Source: Lama glama
Lineage: Eukaryota
Length of the DNA stretch: 64,000 nucleotides
Direction: 5' to 3'
Assembly (NCBI GenBank): GCA_028534125.1
Contig: CM052816.1
Location: 39,806,001 to 39,870,000 of the forward strand
This document shows, piece by piece, positions 25,326 to 39,674 of this stretch. The notes under the pieces were generated by a model. The model worked only from the letters and a program-made list of their open reading frames with translations. It did no database searches and was not told the DNA's origin. Within the stretch, counting starts at the first letter, position 1. Every line of letters starts with the position of its first letter. A program made the translations under genes and the position numbers.

Positions 25326-25961
25326 TGATGCAGGAAAACGGACGTAGGGCATGAGGAGGGCTGTGTCCCAGGTCTCAGTTGAGCCCCTGGGACGTGTCCC
25401 ACCAAGTGTGGGTCCTTGGCTTCGCGCAGGAAAGAATTCAAGTGCGAGCCACAATTGAGTAAAGGTAGATTTACTTAGATACATACTGCATAGAGTGTAA
25501 GGAAAGAGAAAGGCAAGGAAAGAGGTGTGGGAGTTGGGTGCTCAGGTTAAAATAAAAGTAGGTACATACTCCATAGACAGAGTGTGGGCCATTTCCAAAG
25601 AGGAGGAAGTGAAAAAAAAGGGCTGCTAGGTTTGGTGGAGTCACTTTTTACAGGCTTAGTAGCTTCACGTGCCTACAGGTGAGACCATTACAACTGCCCT
25701 GGGGAAGGGGCCGGGATTCCCAAGAATTGGACCAACGCCCATTCTTTGGCCTTTTGCGGTTATCCCTGGGGTTGTCATGGAGCCTGAGGGCATGTTATTC
25801 ATCAAGCTGTTACAATAAGCATATAATGAAGCTCAAGGTCTACTAGAAGTCAAACCTCTTAATCCTTAAGGCCAACTAGGAGGTGAATCTTCCACCATTT
25901 TGGTGTTAAACTGCTGTCATTCCTTGAGTGGCTGTGCCCTGCCCCCTTGCATCCTATCTCA
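25326..25961 (-). mobile_element. Relatively young ERV1-type solo LTR inserted in the L1 5' region
   Basis: GC- and CpG-richer block (cttggcttcgcgcaggaaagaattcaagtgcgagcc...tcctatctca) interrupting L1 sequence; TG...CA bounded. Confidence 0.75.
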
Positions 25962-26784
25962 GTTTCCCTTCAGGGCAGGCCTTTGTTATGGAGACAGAAA
26001 GCTCTGGGCATATTTCAGAATGGCCACATTTCCCCTCCTCCTGACTTAAACACAGTTCAGCCTTCACCAGAGAACCTAGTGTGTCTCTTGGAGGGAAATC
26101 CTGTGAAAGTGTGAGGCCCTCCCCTTAAAAACTGGGCCCCTAGGAGTTTTTAATTCTGAAGCTAGTTTACAGTCAGCCTCCAGGGATTGAATAATTAATG
26201 TTTCCATGTTCCTTACAGTGACTGGCTCCAGCTGCCTCTACTCCCAGGAAGCTTTGATTCACTATATTCTCCTGTCTCCAGTGTTCTGGGCAGAAGTTTG
26301 CCCTGTGACCTCAATTATGTGATGGATCTAAGAAGAGTTGTTGATTTTTAGTTTGTTCAGCTTCTTCACGTTGACCGCATCTGAGTGATGACTCCCAAGC
26401 TCTTTATCTGTGTGAGTGTAAACTGGAAATCTCTAATCCGCTTTATTTAGGGAGGGAGGAAGCTGCATATGAGCATATGTCTCAGATAACAATTTGGAAA
26501 ATGCTGACTTGACTGTGGCCTTTTTCATGGGTCCTTAAAAAAAAAAAACAAAACGATGGCGAAAATAGGATTGGCTGAGGCTCAGGTATGAAAAACGATC
26601 TCTTAAGTTCTAAATCAAGTTTGATTTTAAAAGACTACTTGATAAAAGAATTGCGAATCTTCCATTTATTACACATAAGAATTTCAGCCATTATGTTAGC
26701 CTTTCTGAACCTGTCCCTTTATCTTTAAAATTCTCAGCTATCTCAAGGGTTCAGTGAAGTTTAAATTAACTGCTAAAATGATAA

Positions 26785-26950
26785 TAATAATAGCAGATAA
26801 CATTTAATGATAAATTAAAAGGTGCTGATACTTGTATATTTTACTTCCCTTAATCCTCCTCCAAACCCTGTGTTATGTTATTTTAATTTTGCTTTCAAAG
26901 AGGAGGAAAACAGAGGCATGAACATTTGAACAACTGAACCTAATTCACAC
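26785..26950 (-). mobile_element. MIR SINE fragment
   Basis: ataatagcagataacattt...taatcctcctccaaaccctgtg...gaggaggaaaacagaggc. Confidence 0.5.
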
Positions 26951-27809
26951 AGGTATAAAGTACCAGCGCCCAGAACTGGCAAATTTTGTAGTCACTGTTT
27001 TAAGAACTATAGAGATGAGATGGACCAAGTCATTGCTCCAAAAAGGCAAAAAAGAGTATATGCATGAATGTATGTATACATGCGGAGGTACACATGCCTG
27101 TCTTGCAAGGCAGCATGTGATCAGCATCAGGACAAGCTCATGAGGTTCTTTGTTGCCTCATTAAGCAGTGACTATAATATAATCTCTCTTTTGTCTACAT
27201 GAGTTCTTCAGTATTTCTAAGCGGAATCGCAGCCTTGTATGGTGTGCAGGAAGAGTAATTTCCCTGCAGAACTGCAGTGCTGTTACCTCTGTGTAGAACT
27301 GCCTGGTCAGGGAAGGCACTGTGGTGCAGCCTGATCATGAGCAACTCTGTCCAGCCAGTGGACATAGCGCCTCAGTGGATATACAGTAGGAGACAGCGCA
27401 GAGTTGCTTCAAGAGCATGTAGATATTTGCAGGGGTCTCTAAACATTTTGAGAATTTTTCATTTATGTTGGCTGGGATTATAAAATCAGTTGCTGAAAAA
27501 TAGAAGTGTAAATTTACAGCTACAGCTTAGAAGACAAATAAACGAACACTTGTCACAAGCTTTATTATTTTTGCTGTTTGGTGTTTTTGAAAATTTATTT
27601 AGTGGTTGTGAAAGACGCCAGATTGAGAAAGGCACTAAAAAAAGAAATTCACAGTTGATTCACAGATGACTCATTAGCTGTTCAGTTTCTTGAGGAGTCT
27701 CATTGCCTCTAGCCTTCTTATCAGTCTACTGTAGGTCTCTTGCTCTACTTACTTATCTGTTTGGATTTGTGGCAGGGGGCGAATGGGAAAATAACCGTGT
27801 GTCACCATG

Positions 27810-28020
27810 GAGGGTCAGTGGTCAGATTCTGGAATCTGACTTCCTGTGGGTATGTCACTAAATTTCTCCATGTCTCAGTCTCTTTGTCTGTGAAATCAGG
27901 ATAAATAGCACTAGCTCACAGAGTTGTTGTGAGCATTAAATGAGGTATTAAGTGCAGTATTTGCAAAATTGGAATCTTATCTTTCACAGATTAAGTGCTC
28001 TATGGGTGTTAGCTATTTTA
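27810..28020 (+). mobile_element. MIR SINE
   Basis: tgtctcagtctctttgtctgtgaaatcaggataaatagcac...cacagagttgttgtgagcattaaatgag. Confidence 0.7.
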
Positions 28021-29199
28021 TATATTTAGTTAAGCATATAACTTGTTGCAAAAAGCTCATTAATCTAACATATTTCAGTGTTTAAATCACACAGCAGTGT
28101 TTGCCCTTTGATTTTTGATTCTGTAGTGGTAGTGATTGCACTGAAATTAGTGAGCAGCGGGAGTGAATGGACAGCTGTGTTCACTGATCTCAGCATAGCA
28201 TCATCTGTAGCATCATCACCTGAGGATATTAATACATTATTTCCTCTTTTGCACTCCCATCCACTCTCTCATAGTCTACTCATTTCTCTCATGTTTGGTT
28301 GACAACCTTTTCAAAGCCATGTTTTCTGTAGTGTTTTTTGAGGCTGATTTCAGCCAGGACTCTTTTCCTCCTATTCATGGCAGAATGAATTCTGCCATCA
28401 TCTCAAGATTAAGATACCCTGTAGAGATGTATTGCTTTGCTCACAGGTACATGATGGATGAGTGCTGGGCTATATATGTCTTTTTCTAGAAAGAAATAGA
28501 TTGCTGTACAAAAAGATCCTGCAAAGTTTGCGGGTCAACAGTTCAATCCCTAATCATTGCAATGTGATTATAATTCCTGTCATTTTTATTTCAAGGTCGT
28601 GCTAATTTATAAAGGAGTATATTCTCAAGGTTCTCAGAGTCATGAATAAAATTTTCACATTAGCTAAACATTATGAAAATTACAGGATTTATCCACTTGC
28701 TAAAGCACCTAGGTCCAAAGTTGAGATATAATTAAATGCAAGGTGGTAGAAATATAAAAGATAGGGATCTGTGCTCCTAGAATTAAATATATTGTGAGAA
28801 ATTGTAGCTCATTTATGAAAATCAACTGAATTCAACAAATTTTTAAAGGTTCATAACCTATGTGTCAGAGATTAGATAAGATAATAAGATATAGATGTAT
28901 GCGCAAGTTACCATGTAGGGTGTTCATGTCGTATCCTACATACTCCCTTCGTGTGTACTAGGGGATTAACTCTTGTCGTTTTACTCATAGGTTTTGCGTG
29001 CTATTTCATCTCTGTTTCCATTGTTTGGCATAGCTCATGTCACTTGGCAATGTATAGTGTATTTACTCTCTCAGCCCTGGCTTTTATCATTATCTATGCA
29101 AATAGTACATATTAACTGTGATTTTCAGCCCCTTGCCACAATGTATGGTAGTACGGAAAGTTCAGGGAACATATTAGAATCATCATTATCATCATCACC

Positions 29200-29420
29200 A
29201 TCATTCATCTATTTTTGTTAAGTATTTACAAGTTATTAGGCATTCTTCTAAGCACACTTTTAACTCACTGAATCTTCACACAAACTTTATGGGATAGTTA
29301 TTATTAATATTCCTATTTACGTATGATGATACTAAAGCATAGAAGAATAAGTAAAATTGCACAATGTCACTGAGCAACTAAGAGGTGAACCAGGGTTTAA
29401 ATACAGAGTCTGAGTTAAGA
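29200..29420 (-). mobile_element. MIR SINE
   Basis: taactcactgaatcttcacacaaactttatggga...cctatttacgtatgatgatactaaagcataga...aattgcacaatgtcac. Confidence 0.65.
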
Positions 29421-29422
29421 AC

Positions 29423-29995
29423 GGAAGCAACCTATGTCTCTCAAAGACGAATGGATAAAGAAGATGTTTTATATATAAATACACACACACATACATACAT
29501 ACATACACACATACATATATACACACACACAAACACACACAAAATGGAATATTACTCGGCCATAAAAAAGAATGAAATTCTGCCATTTTCAGTAATGTGG
29601 GTAGACCTAGAGAATATTATGCTTAGTGAAATAAAATTGGACAGAGAATGACAAATAGTGTATGATATCACTTATATGTGGAATCTGAAAAATAACAGAA
29701 ATGGACTCAACAGATATAGAAAAAATAATGGTTACCAGTGATGGGCGGGGAGAGGGAAGGGGAATGATAAGGGTATGGGATTAAGAGATACAAACCGCTA
29801 TGTATAAAATAGATGAGCAACAAGGATATATTGTATGGCACAGGAAATTGTCACCATTATCTTGTGATAATTTGTAATGGAGTATAATCTAAAAATGCTG
29901 AGCCTAAAACTAATATACTGTAAGTCAACTATACTTCAATACATATATACCTACATACAAAGAGTCATACTGCAAAGTAAAAAAAAAAAAAAACA
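29423..29995 (+). mobile_element. 5'-truncated L1 3' end with A-rich tail and internal (CA/TA) microsatellite
   Basis: ggaagcaacctatgtc...atggaatattactcggccataaaaaagaatgaaattctgccattt...gtaagtcaactatacttcaat, A run at 29979-29993. Confidence 0.85.
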
Positions 29996-31094
29996 ACTGA
30001 TGCCAAGTAGTCACACTGGGTAACAGAGGGTAACAATACAAGCCCAGCCTTGCAGAGCTGGTGGATGTGCTATGTAGGCTGAGAGGGAAGACAAGTTCTC
30101 CAAGCTTGCAGAACTTCCACAGGCATCATACTGCCTGAAGACCTACTGTTAGATTTGGAACTTAAAAGACTAATTTAGGAATTTTTATTGTTACTGGTCT
30201 TTGAAATTATAAAGCGTAATTGTATAAATTTGCATCCATAAATTTCTGTAAGAAGAGCAATATACTGTACCATGCCTTTCAGAAATTTAAAGGTACAGAA
30301 TATATTCAGGACCATGTGAAGTTTATTATTTAGGTTGATATGCTGTCAGGCACTGTGAAAAAAATGTCCTTGCCAAGGAGATAGTTTTACTAAAAATCCT
30401 ATTTTTAAACTACGCTTTTAAAAAAAAGCAGTTTATATTCATAGGCACTGATTTTCATATAATCTAATACAATGCTAACTGAAAAGAATATACACAGGAT
30501 GAGGTGGCACCTGTATCTTTCAGAAAATAATTTAAAAATAAAAGTTGATTACAATGTTACTAATTATGTGATACTTAACGTTTTGTATAACATGTTATAT
30601 TAGTCAGTATTCTTCAAACATTTATCTAGGTTTAGCAGACATTACTTTTTAATATTTATTTTTTAGCTTAGGGCATTCGGTGACATAAAATAACTTGTTA
30701 ATGTCCTATACTGAGTTACTGGGAGTCCTAGAATTAGTACTTCTACATCTTAGTCTTCTACCAAATTTTAGCAGATTACATGACTTTATTTGGTTACAAC
30801 TCATTCCTCTCTTCCCCAAAACGCATACATACAGGTAATATGGTTGTATAAATAAAACCTACATTCTTGGTAGCTTTTCCTACAATATTGCTTGCTCATA
30901 AAATTTGTACTGACATTTTGAATGGCTTCTGTATCTTAACTAGTGTTTTCAAAGTTCAGTTGCCCACAATGCATGATTTCAGTGGTGTGGTAAGGTTCTT
31001 GAATTGAACTTAACCCATCAACCATCATCAGAGTTATTTATCTGGAGCTTAGTGGATAGTATTTCTGTGATACCATCTATATAAATACTTTCTG

Positions 31095-31506
31095 TGTGCA
31101 TTTTATGAATTTGTATAAATTTAATTTTTAAATTAGTCCATTTTTTTCAGTCTGTGTATGCATTTGAAGTTATTCTAGAGATAGACATGAGAGGAGTGCT
31201 TCCTGGGGACTACAGACTAGGAAAGGGCATGAGAGAGTTTTCTGAAAACCTGGGAGGGTGGTGTGAAGACTGAAGCAGAGACTACAGTGGTGTGGCCACC
31301 AGCAGAAGAGATCAAGCTTGCTAACAACCACCAGGAGTGGCAGTCGTCAAGGCAGTTCTCTCCCTTAGATCTGCCAGAGGGAATGGGACCCTGCCGCTAC
31401 TTAGATTTTAGACTCTGGTGGCTAGAACTCTGAGGAAGAAATTTCTGTTGTTTTAAGCTATCCAGTTTGTGGTAGTTCCTCAGATCAGCCGCAAGAAACT
31501 GATATA
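31095..31506 (+). mobile_element. MLT1 (MaLR) LTR
   Basis: gtgaagactgaagcagagactacagtggtgtggccac...agaaatttctgttgttttaagctatccagtttgtggtagtt...gaaactgatata. Confidence 0.8.
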
Positions 31507-31874
31507 CCCAGTGAGACTTTTGGACCCTATGTTAGCCTTCCTGACGTTCTCAGCCGTGTACTCAGTGATGATCTATTACGGTTAACAGAGGTAGTTCTAC
31601 TGTCTTTACTTCAAAATCACAGGGGTTCCTGTAAATACCATCACACATATTTTGATCATGGGTATGCAGTAATTACAGTGACCTAAATTGTAAAATCATG
31701 ACCATAGGAACATGAATAAAACACAAGTCCAGCATGCAGAAAGAGACATTGAAAGGAGCTCTGAATGGAAGAGAGAGATCAAAGACACTGAAATAGGCTG
31801 CAGCCACTGTGTATCAACCCATTAAAAAGGAGAAACAGAAAGTGGTTGGAATTCAGCGCAAAGCGTGGGTGAAA

Positions 31875-32105
31875 AATGAGATTGGAGACACCTGAGTTCA
31901 AGTACACCTGCGTTCAAGTCTCGGCTCTAAATTTTAAGAGTTGTAGTAGTTTGGGCAATTTGCTAAGTCTCTCAATGGTAGAAATTCTTCATCTGTTAAA
32001 CTGTCATAATAGTTGGCGCCTATCCTGTTTTTAAAATTATGAAGAATGTAAACATGAAGAATGTAAAATAGTAAAGTCCCTGATGTGTAGAGAGTATTTA
32101 ATACA
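31875..32105 (+). mobile_element. MIR SINE with two short local duplications
   Basis: acacctgagttcaagt/acacctgcgttcaagt, ttgggcaatttgctaagtctctc...ttcttcatctgttaaa, tgaagaatgtaaa twice. Confidence 0.65.
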
Positions 32106-33600
32106 TTTTAACTATTGCTATTTTTCTTTTTCTTATTGTAACCCTACACATTACTTGAGGGAAGTAAAGTTTATTCAGGTTGTGTCCAGAAACCTCCCAG
32201 AGATTAACGCTGAGGGAGTAGAGTTCTGTAATAATGTTCTTGTCTAGCATGCTCAGAAGAGATCTACTCGTAAGCGCTAGGCTGAAAATAGACCCATCTT
32301 TATCAATAAAACTTCCCAATACACTTGTTTATTTTAGTATATTATGACATGAATGTACGTTAGAGGTCTGAATTTGAACACAAGCATGTCATATAAAATT
32401 TAAAGACACATACCCTTTTCTAATTACTAAATGAAAATTTGATATTTGAGGGAAGTTACTGAACACTAACAGGGCTCATAAAGAACTGTGTTATCCAGAG
32501 CTGGTGTTTTCTAAAATTTGTGACATTCATTTCCTTTAGTCATTTTTTACACTTCTAACAAAATTTTGACCTAAAATTTATTTTCGTAATTTCATTTTTT
32601 ACCTGTTTCATTTTCATGATTTTAATGCTTTGATATGCTAAATAAGCTACTTTGTCAGGTTTCAATTCACTTTTAATTTTCTGTGTTTTATCTGATGAAT
32701 ATACTGTTAAAGTACAGGAGTATATAAAACATTATCTTCTATAACTTGTTTTTATTTCCTAGAAAAGAAGGAAAATTGGTGTATGTGTGTGTTTGTGGGT
32801 GTGCGTCTGTGTGTTTTGAAGATAATTTTTCCCAATTACTTGAAAATGAACTTAGATAATTTTAATTGTCAGTTCACAGTATATGCTTTTTAAGTATAAC
32901 ACTAAAAATATTAAGGTGCATAATTTTACTTCAATGAGAAAAGAATTTATATATATACCTTTTCTTGTTTTGTGATTATGGGGATTATATGAATAAAACA
33001 CTGTGCATTCAGATAAGCATATGTTCTTTGTTACTTACTTTCAGTGAGGAAGTTTTTCACTTGTGGTTTCTCCAAAAACTTGAAAGCTAAGTAGTTATTA
33101 CATCACATAAACAACTAGATTCTAATTGCATGTGACTGGCAAGAAGTACTACTTTCTCTTTAAATGACAGTTCTGAATAAGCCTGCATTTTAAAGCTTTT
33201 GCTGTTTTTGTTGTAATTTTGGTTTATTTTCCTTATAATGTAAGTTGCCTGTTATTTTTTGCGGCTCTCTATTTTCCTTTATTCTGTCCCTCCAGGTTTT
33301 GTGGGAAGAGATGGAGAGTAGCTTATTGAATTTGTTATGGTAACAATTATGCACTGTAATGTGTATAAAATAAAATCAGTGGCTGGACACAGTTAAGAAA
33401 CAAGCAAAAAATGTCTCAGTTATGTGACATTTCAGGGACAGGTAAGCCATGTTCTTTTCCACACAGTCTTTGTGGTTCCAGCTACAAAAGCTGTACCATC
33501 TAAAAATATAACTCCCAAAATTGCCCAGAGTTTTTGACATCAAGTCTGAAATGAAGAGAGAAGAGAAGTCACAGATCTTTTACAAACTGTGGTTTGAAAT

Positions 33601-33629
33601 ACACACAAACACACACAGACACAGACACA

Positions 33630-33662
<33 letters not shown>
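33601..33662. repeat. (CA)n / (CACAGA)n microsatellite inside a probable old MLT1 remnant (about 33320-33800)
   Basis: Tandem repeat visible directly; flanks are only weakly MaLR-like. Confidence 0.85.
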
Positions 33663-33664
<2 letters not shown>

Positions 33665-33974
33665 CATTTCTGCAACCATACTCTGGCCTAGAATAGGTCA
33701 CATAAGCATATCAAAATTCAAGCTGGGGGAAGGTGGGGAAGCGTGGTTCCAGGTGATCGATTCTTTCCCCTGAATGTGTTACTGTGGAGGGGAAACATGA
33801 ACCTGCCACAGCCTGCCCTCCAAAGACTCAGTATTCATGGACATGCTTTGCCCAGTACTCAGAACACAGCCCTGATAGATTTTCACTCCTTCTTTGTTCC
33901 ATATTCTGATATTTTATTTGCTGATTTTTTAAACTATTTTCCCTTACATTTTAAATTTTTTGTTTTGAGACAAA

Positions 33975-36740
33975 ATACACTACTATGGTAGGAGACTTCA
34001 ATACTCTTCTGCTGATAATGAATTTATAAAGTAGGCAGAAAATCATTAAGCGTATAGATGACCTGAACAGCACTTTCAGTTCACTTGATTTAATTGGCAT
34101 TTATGGAATATTCCATCCAACACGATGAAACAGAAGAAACATTTCCTACTGCATTCTGTGAGGCTAGTTCTACTGTAAACTAAACCAGATGAAGGTATTA
34201 CACAGAGAGAAAACTATCATCCAGAAATTCTCATGAACAGAGACCAAAAATATTCTAAATAAAATATTTGCAAATGAGTCCAAAAATGTAAGAAAAAATT
34301 ATACACCAAATGGGATATATGCCAGGGAAGCAAAGTAGGTTCAGCATTTAAAAAATCAATCAATGTAATTCATCACAGTAACTGGCTAAAGAAGAAAACC
34401 CATATAATATATCAATTGATTTAGAAAAAGCATTTGACAAAAGCCAATACTCATTAATGATACAAACTCTCAGCAAACCAGGAATAAGTGGAAACTTCCT
34501 CACTTGGTCAAAACAGAACAAAACAAAAACATCTACTAAACACATAGCATTAAGATGATTCTAAGTGGTGGGAGACTGGACACTTTCCTTCTAAGATCAA
34601 CATCAGCATCCCTATTGAACATTTTACTGAAGTTCTAGTTAGTGCAATAGGACAAAAATTTTATAAAAGAGAAGGAATAAAAATCTATAAATTAAAAAGG
34701 AAGAAATAAAACTGTATTTGCAGATAGAGTGGTCATCTATGTAGGAAACTCAAAGAATCTACCAAAAATCTCTTGGAACTAACAAGTTATTATAGCACAT
34801 TCACGGGAACATATAAGGTCAATATACAAAAGCCTTATTTTCATATATGCCACAGTACCCACTCTGAATGTATAGTTTACAAAGAAATCATTTACAATAG
34901 CATCAGTGTAAATGTAACCTATGTGTAAATCTGATAAAATATGTATGGTGTCTGTTTGCTGGAAAGTACAAAACAGTGATGAAAGAAAACAAAGAGGATC
35001 TGCATAAATTGAGTTACTATGTGTTCATCATTGGAAAACTCAATATTTTTAAGATATAACAAAACAAAACAGTCTAATCCTAATACAAATGTATGAAACA
35101 ATCTCACTAAATGAGGTGGGAGAAAATGTGCTGACCGATGTAACTTTGGAAATGAGTTGCATCTATAAAGACTGAAGGCAAAAGAATTATAAGTAAGCAG
35201 TGTACTCTAGTTGATAAAGTCGTATCCTATGGAGGTAAGGGTTAACACTCTGAAACCAATAAATAAAATAAAATAAAATAAAATAAAATAAAATAAAATA
35301 ATATAATATAATATAATATAATATAACTTTATAGTGGAATTGAACAGTTAATTAAATAAGTGTTGGGTGCTGGGACCAAGTGTTTTATTCTAGCTATGAG
35401 AAGTTAGGGACCATCAATGGGAAAGGATTAGGAAGGTCCGTGTAGTAACTGGTAGGAGTTGGAGGCATTAGTGTGAACTCATTTTCAATGGTATGTAGAT
35501 ATACTTTGATACATACGTCTATGGGTTATAATACACACATAATGTATCCTTTTTCTGTCAGCTGAAAGGGCCTACAAGTACTAAATCTCAGTAGCAACAT
35601 GCACACTAGTGTCCAGATTGTGTTTCTCGTGTATATGAAAATCTAAGTATATATGTGAAATTATATATATGCACAAATATATATCTGTATATATGCATAT
35701 GTATTATACTGCATATATTTAAAACTTTTTTATATTCTCTAGAAAAAAAATGAACAAACCAAGTACCCTTGGACAAGTGACCAATTGCAGGGCTGCTGCT
35801 GGAAATACACGAGATGAGCCAGCAGCATTTTATATTGGTAGAAAGGTAAGGTGCTCAAATATGATGATGGAGGTGTTTCAAAAAGACACAGGAGCCAACT
35901 GAAAGAGCTCCCAATAGCTAAACCTGAAACAATTTGAGCAACAAAATAAATGAGATAACACTGAATTATAAACTATTTTATAAAGTAAATATTTAAGTCC
36001 ATATTGGTAACAAATAAATTATTAGATAAATCAACAAATGGAGAAAATAGTCTATTTTCTCAAGTAGAAGAATTCTAAAGAATCTAGGTAGATACTCTAC
36101 TCTTAGGGAGGTGATCCATATCTCACTACTCTTCAAATGTGGTCTGTATATAGGCTGCCCTTTCAAATGTGGAATTGAAGAAAAAAAAAGAGTAATTTTG
36201 CAGTTGAGAAATCTGACAAACTTTCTCAGTCAGATGATATTAATTAATTTCAATGGTGATACCACAATATAGTATGTTCCTTTGATATGATGTGACAAGA
36301 ATGACATATATCTCTGCAGTTTCTATCCCCGCATACCTAATGTCAGTCTTACCATGAGAAAGAACATCAGACAAATTCCAGTTAAGAGTCTATTCTAAAA
36401 AAGTTCTGACTAATACTCTTCAAAAGTGTCAAGGTCATTCCTAACAAGGAAAGTCTGAGAAATTGTCATGGCCGAGAGGAGACTAAGGGAGGGGACCTCT
36501 AAGTGTAATGTGGTGTCCTGCATGGAGTTCTAAGGAAATCTGGATAAAGTATAAACTTTAGTTAACAATGGCATCAAAATTGGTCCATTACTTATGACAA
36601 ATATACCATACTAATGTAAGATTTTAATAGTAAGGGAAACTGGGTTTGGCTTCTGTAGGAACTCTACAATTTTCACAAACTTTTATGTAAATCTAAAACT
36701 GTGATGATGTTTTTTAAAAAGCTTATTTGTTTTTAAAAAT
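33975..36740 (+). mobile_element. Old L1 (L1MC/MD-like): ORF2 fragments plus 3' UTR
   Basis: ggagacttcaatactc, tcaattgatttagaaaaagcatttgacaaaa (SID.EKAFDK RT motif), 3' end aaatataccatactaatgtaagat...tgtaaatctaaaact. Confidence 0.85.
35258..35325. repeat. (AAAAT)n(ATATA)n microsatellite
   Basis: Visible directly in the sequence. Confidence 0.9.
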
Positions 36741-39674
36741 CCTGGGAATTGTGCTTCATTTTAATTGGTTCTGAGTTACAGCATCTGGGAAATCATTACT
36801 GGCCTGAACTGAAGATGCTTCCCATTGAAAAGTCGGACATCTTTAACCACGTGTGCACAGACTGGGAATTCATTCTGCCCTATCTGGAGGGCTGGTTTTA
36901 AAAGATTAATTAAGACCAGGATTATGAATTCCTTCTTTCGAGCATTTAATATCTCCTGACTTTTCACATTCAGGGTACTGTTAGGTGAAGTTCTTCCTTG
37001 GTGTATATTGTTTGCCTGACAAATAACATTGAATTTTCTGCTTTCTTCTTGTTATATTCTTTGTCTTATCCTTTGGTATCCCTTTATCGCTTTCATTTAA
37101 CTGGCTACTATTTATTCTTATCATGCAGTGCCACAACTGTGAAATGTATTCATATCTCAGTGCGTTACGATATTTAGCAGTATGTACTATGCCTTTTCTT
37201 AATCTGCCTAAAATACACAAAATTAAGGTGCAAAGTGTTCTCTTAAGAGGGTAAAAATGTTCATGGATCTCTTTCTTGAATTACTGGTTGGTATTGTGGA
37301 TTAAGTATTAAGTTGTGATACTCAGTCTGAAACCTAGTTCAGTGAGGTGTAGATGAACCCAGTTCAGAGAAGGATTTGTATCACTGTTATAAAGAATTAC
37401 ATTTTACTTATCACTTAAACTTGCTGACAAATGACAGCTCCCTCTCTTGCAGAATATTCTAGAGTCCCTCTTATTTTTGAGGCATATCAAGATTAGAACA
37501 TTTTATACTTTTTTAGTAATTATCAATAACTTGGCTTCAACCAATATCCAGTAAGGAGAAGGCTGATCTTAAGTAAAATTGTGTTGTGAGCCATCTACTT
37601 TGCTGCTGTCTTATTTCTCTGTACGCAGATGTCAAAGTGGTTCCAAGTATAAGTCTTAAAGAAAGATAAAAAAAGGATCATATCCTGGCTATGCCGAAGT
37701 AAGTTACTGAATACAGTGATTTTGTGGAAGTTTCTTCTCTGTTCCTCAAATTTCTAACTATAAAAGAGGAATAATAATTTTTACCTAATAGCTTTTTTTT
37801 TGTGAGCATTAAATTAGGTAATTTGAGTAAAGTATCAGAAGAGTGCCTCTGTACAATCATAGACACTCAAAAATAGCTGCTATCTTAGCTACAGGAATCT
37901 TCAATATAATGTCACACAAATGCTCTGATGAAATATCCTACTATGCCATTATAGGTTATTCACACTTTCATATCTATTCAGTTATTCTGATAGCAGAGCT
38001 AGTGAGAAATATGGTTATGCCTAGAACTTTGTAATAAATTTTACATGGGAAGCAAGACTTTAGTAAAGGACTCCTGCATAAGAGACATCAGTGACTTAGA
38101 AAATGCAGATTCAGGAGAGGAAAAAAGGGGATGCCAGAGATAGAACTTACAGAGCACAACATCGTGTTTAGACCTGCCTCTGTGCTAATGCAGCTGCACT
38201 AGAATTCAGATATTCTGAGGCATACACAGAAACCTTAAGTGTGTGTATGTGGAGGTGGTGTGAGTTGGAAGCTGAGAAGTTGTGTAACATTAAATTTACT
38301 GTGGCTAGGGAAAAAAAAGGTAAAGAAATGCACTAAGTTTTAAAAATACACAAATTGTAGGTTCAAAATAATGTAAAATTCATTTTGGGTAGTAGGCAAT
38401 AGTGTTCTTGCTCAAAAATTTTGTCTGTTTAATTTGAACTGATTTTAATCAACTACTCATATTTGCATGTTTCATTCAATTTTACTATCAGTCAATATTA
38501 TAAACACGGTCTAATATCTTAACCCTTAATAACATTTCAATCCTGCACTGACATCTTTGCCTGAATATCTAAGTGACATTTTTCTTTATCTGTTTGTGCT
38601 TATCCTTATTATATTACCTCAAGTTTTTGTGTACTAAATATTTTTAAGTATAATAACTAAACTTTCTTCTAATGTTCTAATCTAGTCAAACCATTCAGTT
38701 TTATTTTATTTTTATTTTTTTATGGATTTACTAGTAGTCTGAATTTTCTATTAATTGTGTATTTTGTTATCTCATGCCATATTTCTTCTTTCCTACGTTG
38801 TTAATACTTAAATTACTTAAAACTAGATACCTATCTGAATAACAGTTCTCTCAGACACTGTCCATTTTAAAGCATTTTGTCTGCTTGAAGCCCTTTATCA
38901 TCTGCATTTCCTGGATTGTTTTCAGTGCTCACTGTGATGCCACACTTCCTGACCCCCTGAATTAGTCTTTTGTGTGCTGGACTTTGTTGAAAGTACTCTC
39001 AAACCAGAAGCAGGTTAGTCCTCAGATTTCACCTGCTGACTCTGTGCTGTCTTCAAAAATTGTCAGATTTATTAAGCCCTACTCCTTTGTTTTGTGATTC
39101 CAAGCTGACTATTTTTAATCAACTTTTTTTTCTTATTAAGAACTCTTGTGAGTGTGGCTATAATTGTCATTTCTAAAATTTCATCCTTCAAAAATTCCTT
39201 TATATTTTAAATGACCTGTCAGTGATAGATTCCTTACAGCTTAATAGGGTCTGATTTCCCGTGCTCCAGTGTAGAAATGTTGGATTTGTTCAAGATGAGG
39301 ATCCTACAGGGAAAAAATTTAAGTGAGACATGTGGTCTGATCTCTAGTGACCAGGGATAGAATCCTGGCAAGTTTGGGATTAACCTGAATTGTCCCCTCT
39401 GGCAGTGTGACTTCTGAGAGAGACTTCAAGCTGTGTCCTCAAGTTGGGCAGGGAGGGGATCAGCACACACAGCAGCGCCTGAGCTTGGAATTTGGCCAAA
39501 GACCCATAAGAGCTGCTTAAGAAAGTGTCTATAGACTCTTCCGCAGATCTTCTCTGGCTTCTAGTCAAAGGATCTTATATTAATTTATTCTTTGTCATCC
39601 ATAGGCATTTTAGGTATGTCCTTATCAGTTTCTTCATGATCCCGTATCTTTCCAGTTACAATAAACAACTTTCA

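Larger units (their letters stand above)
19500..26430 (-). mobile_element. Old L1 (L1MC-like) retaining both its 3' and 5' ends, internally deleted, carrying nested insertions
   Basis: 3' end tagactttatgttttagagcagttttatgtttacagaaaaactgagcaga at about 19520; antisense ORF2 20900-22400 (ETRQGCPLS RT motif at 21892); ORF1-like 23330-23800 (EIIMGKSFPKL..QIQETQR); L1M 5' sequence to about 26430. Confidence 0.8.
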
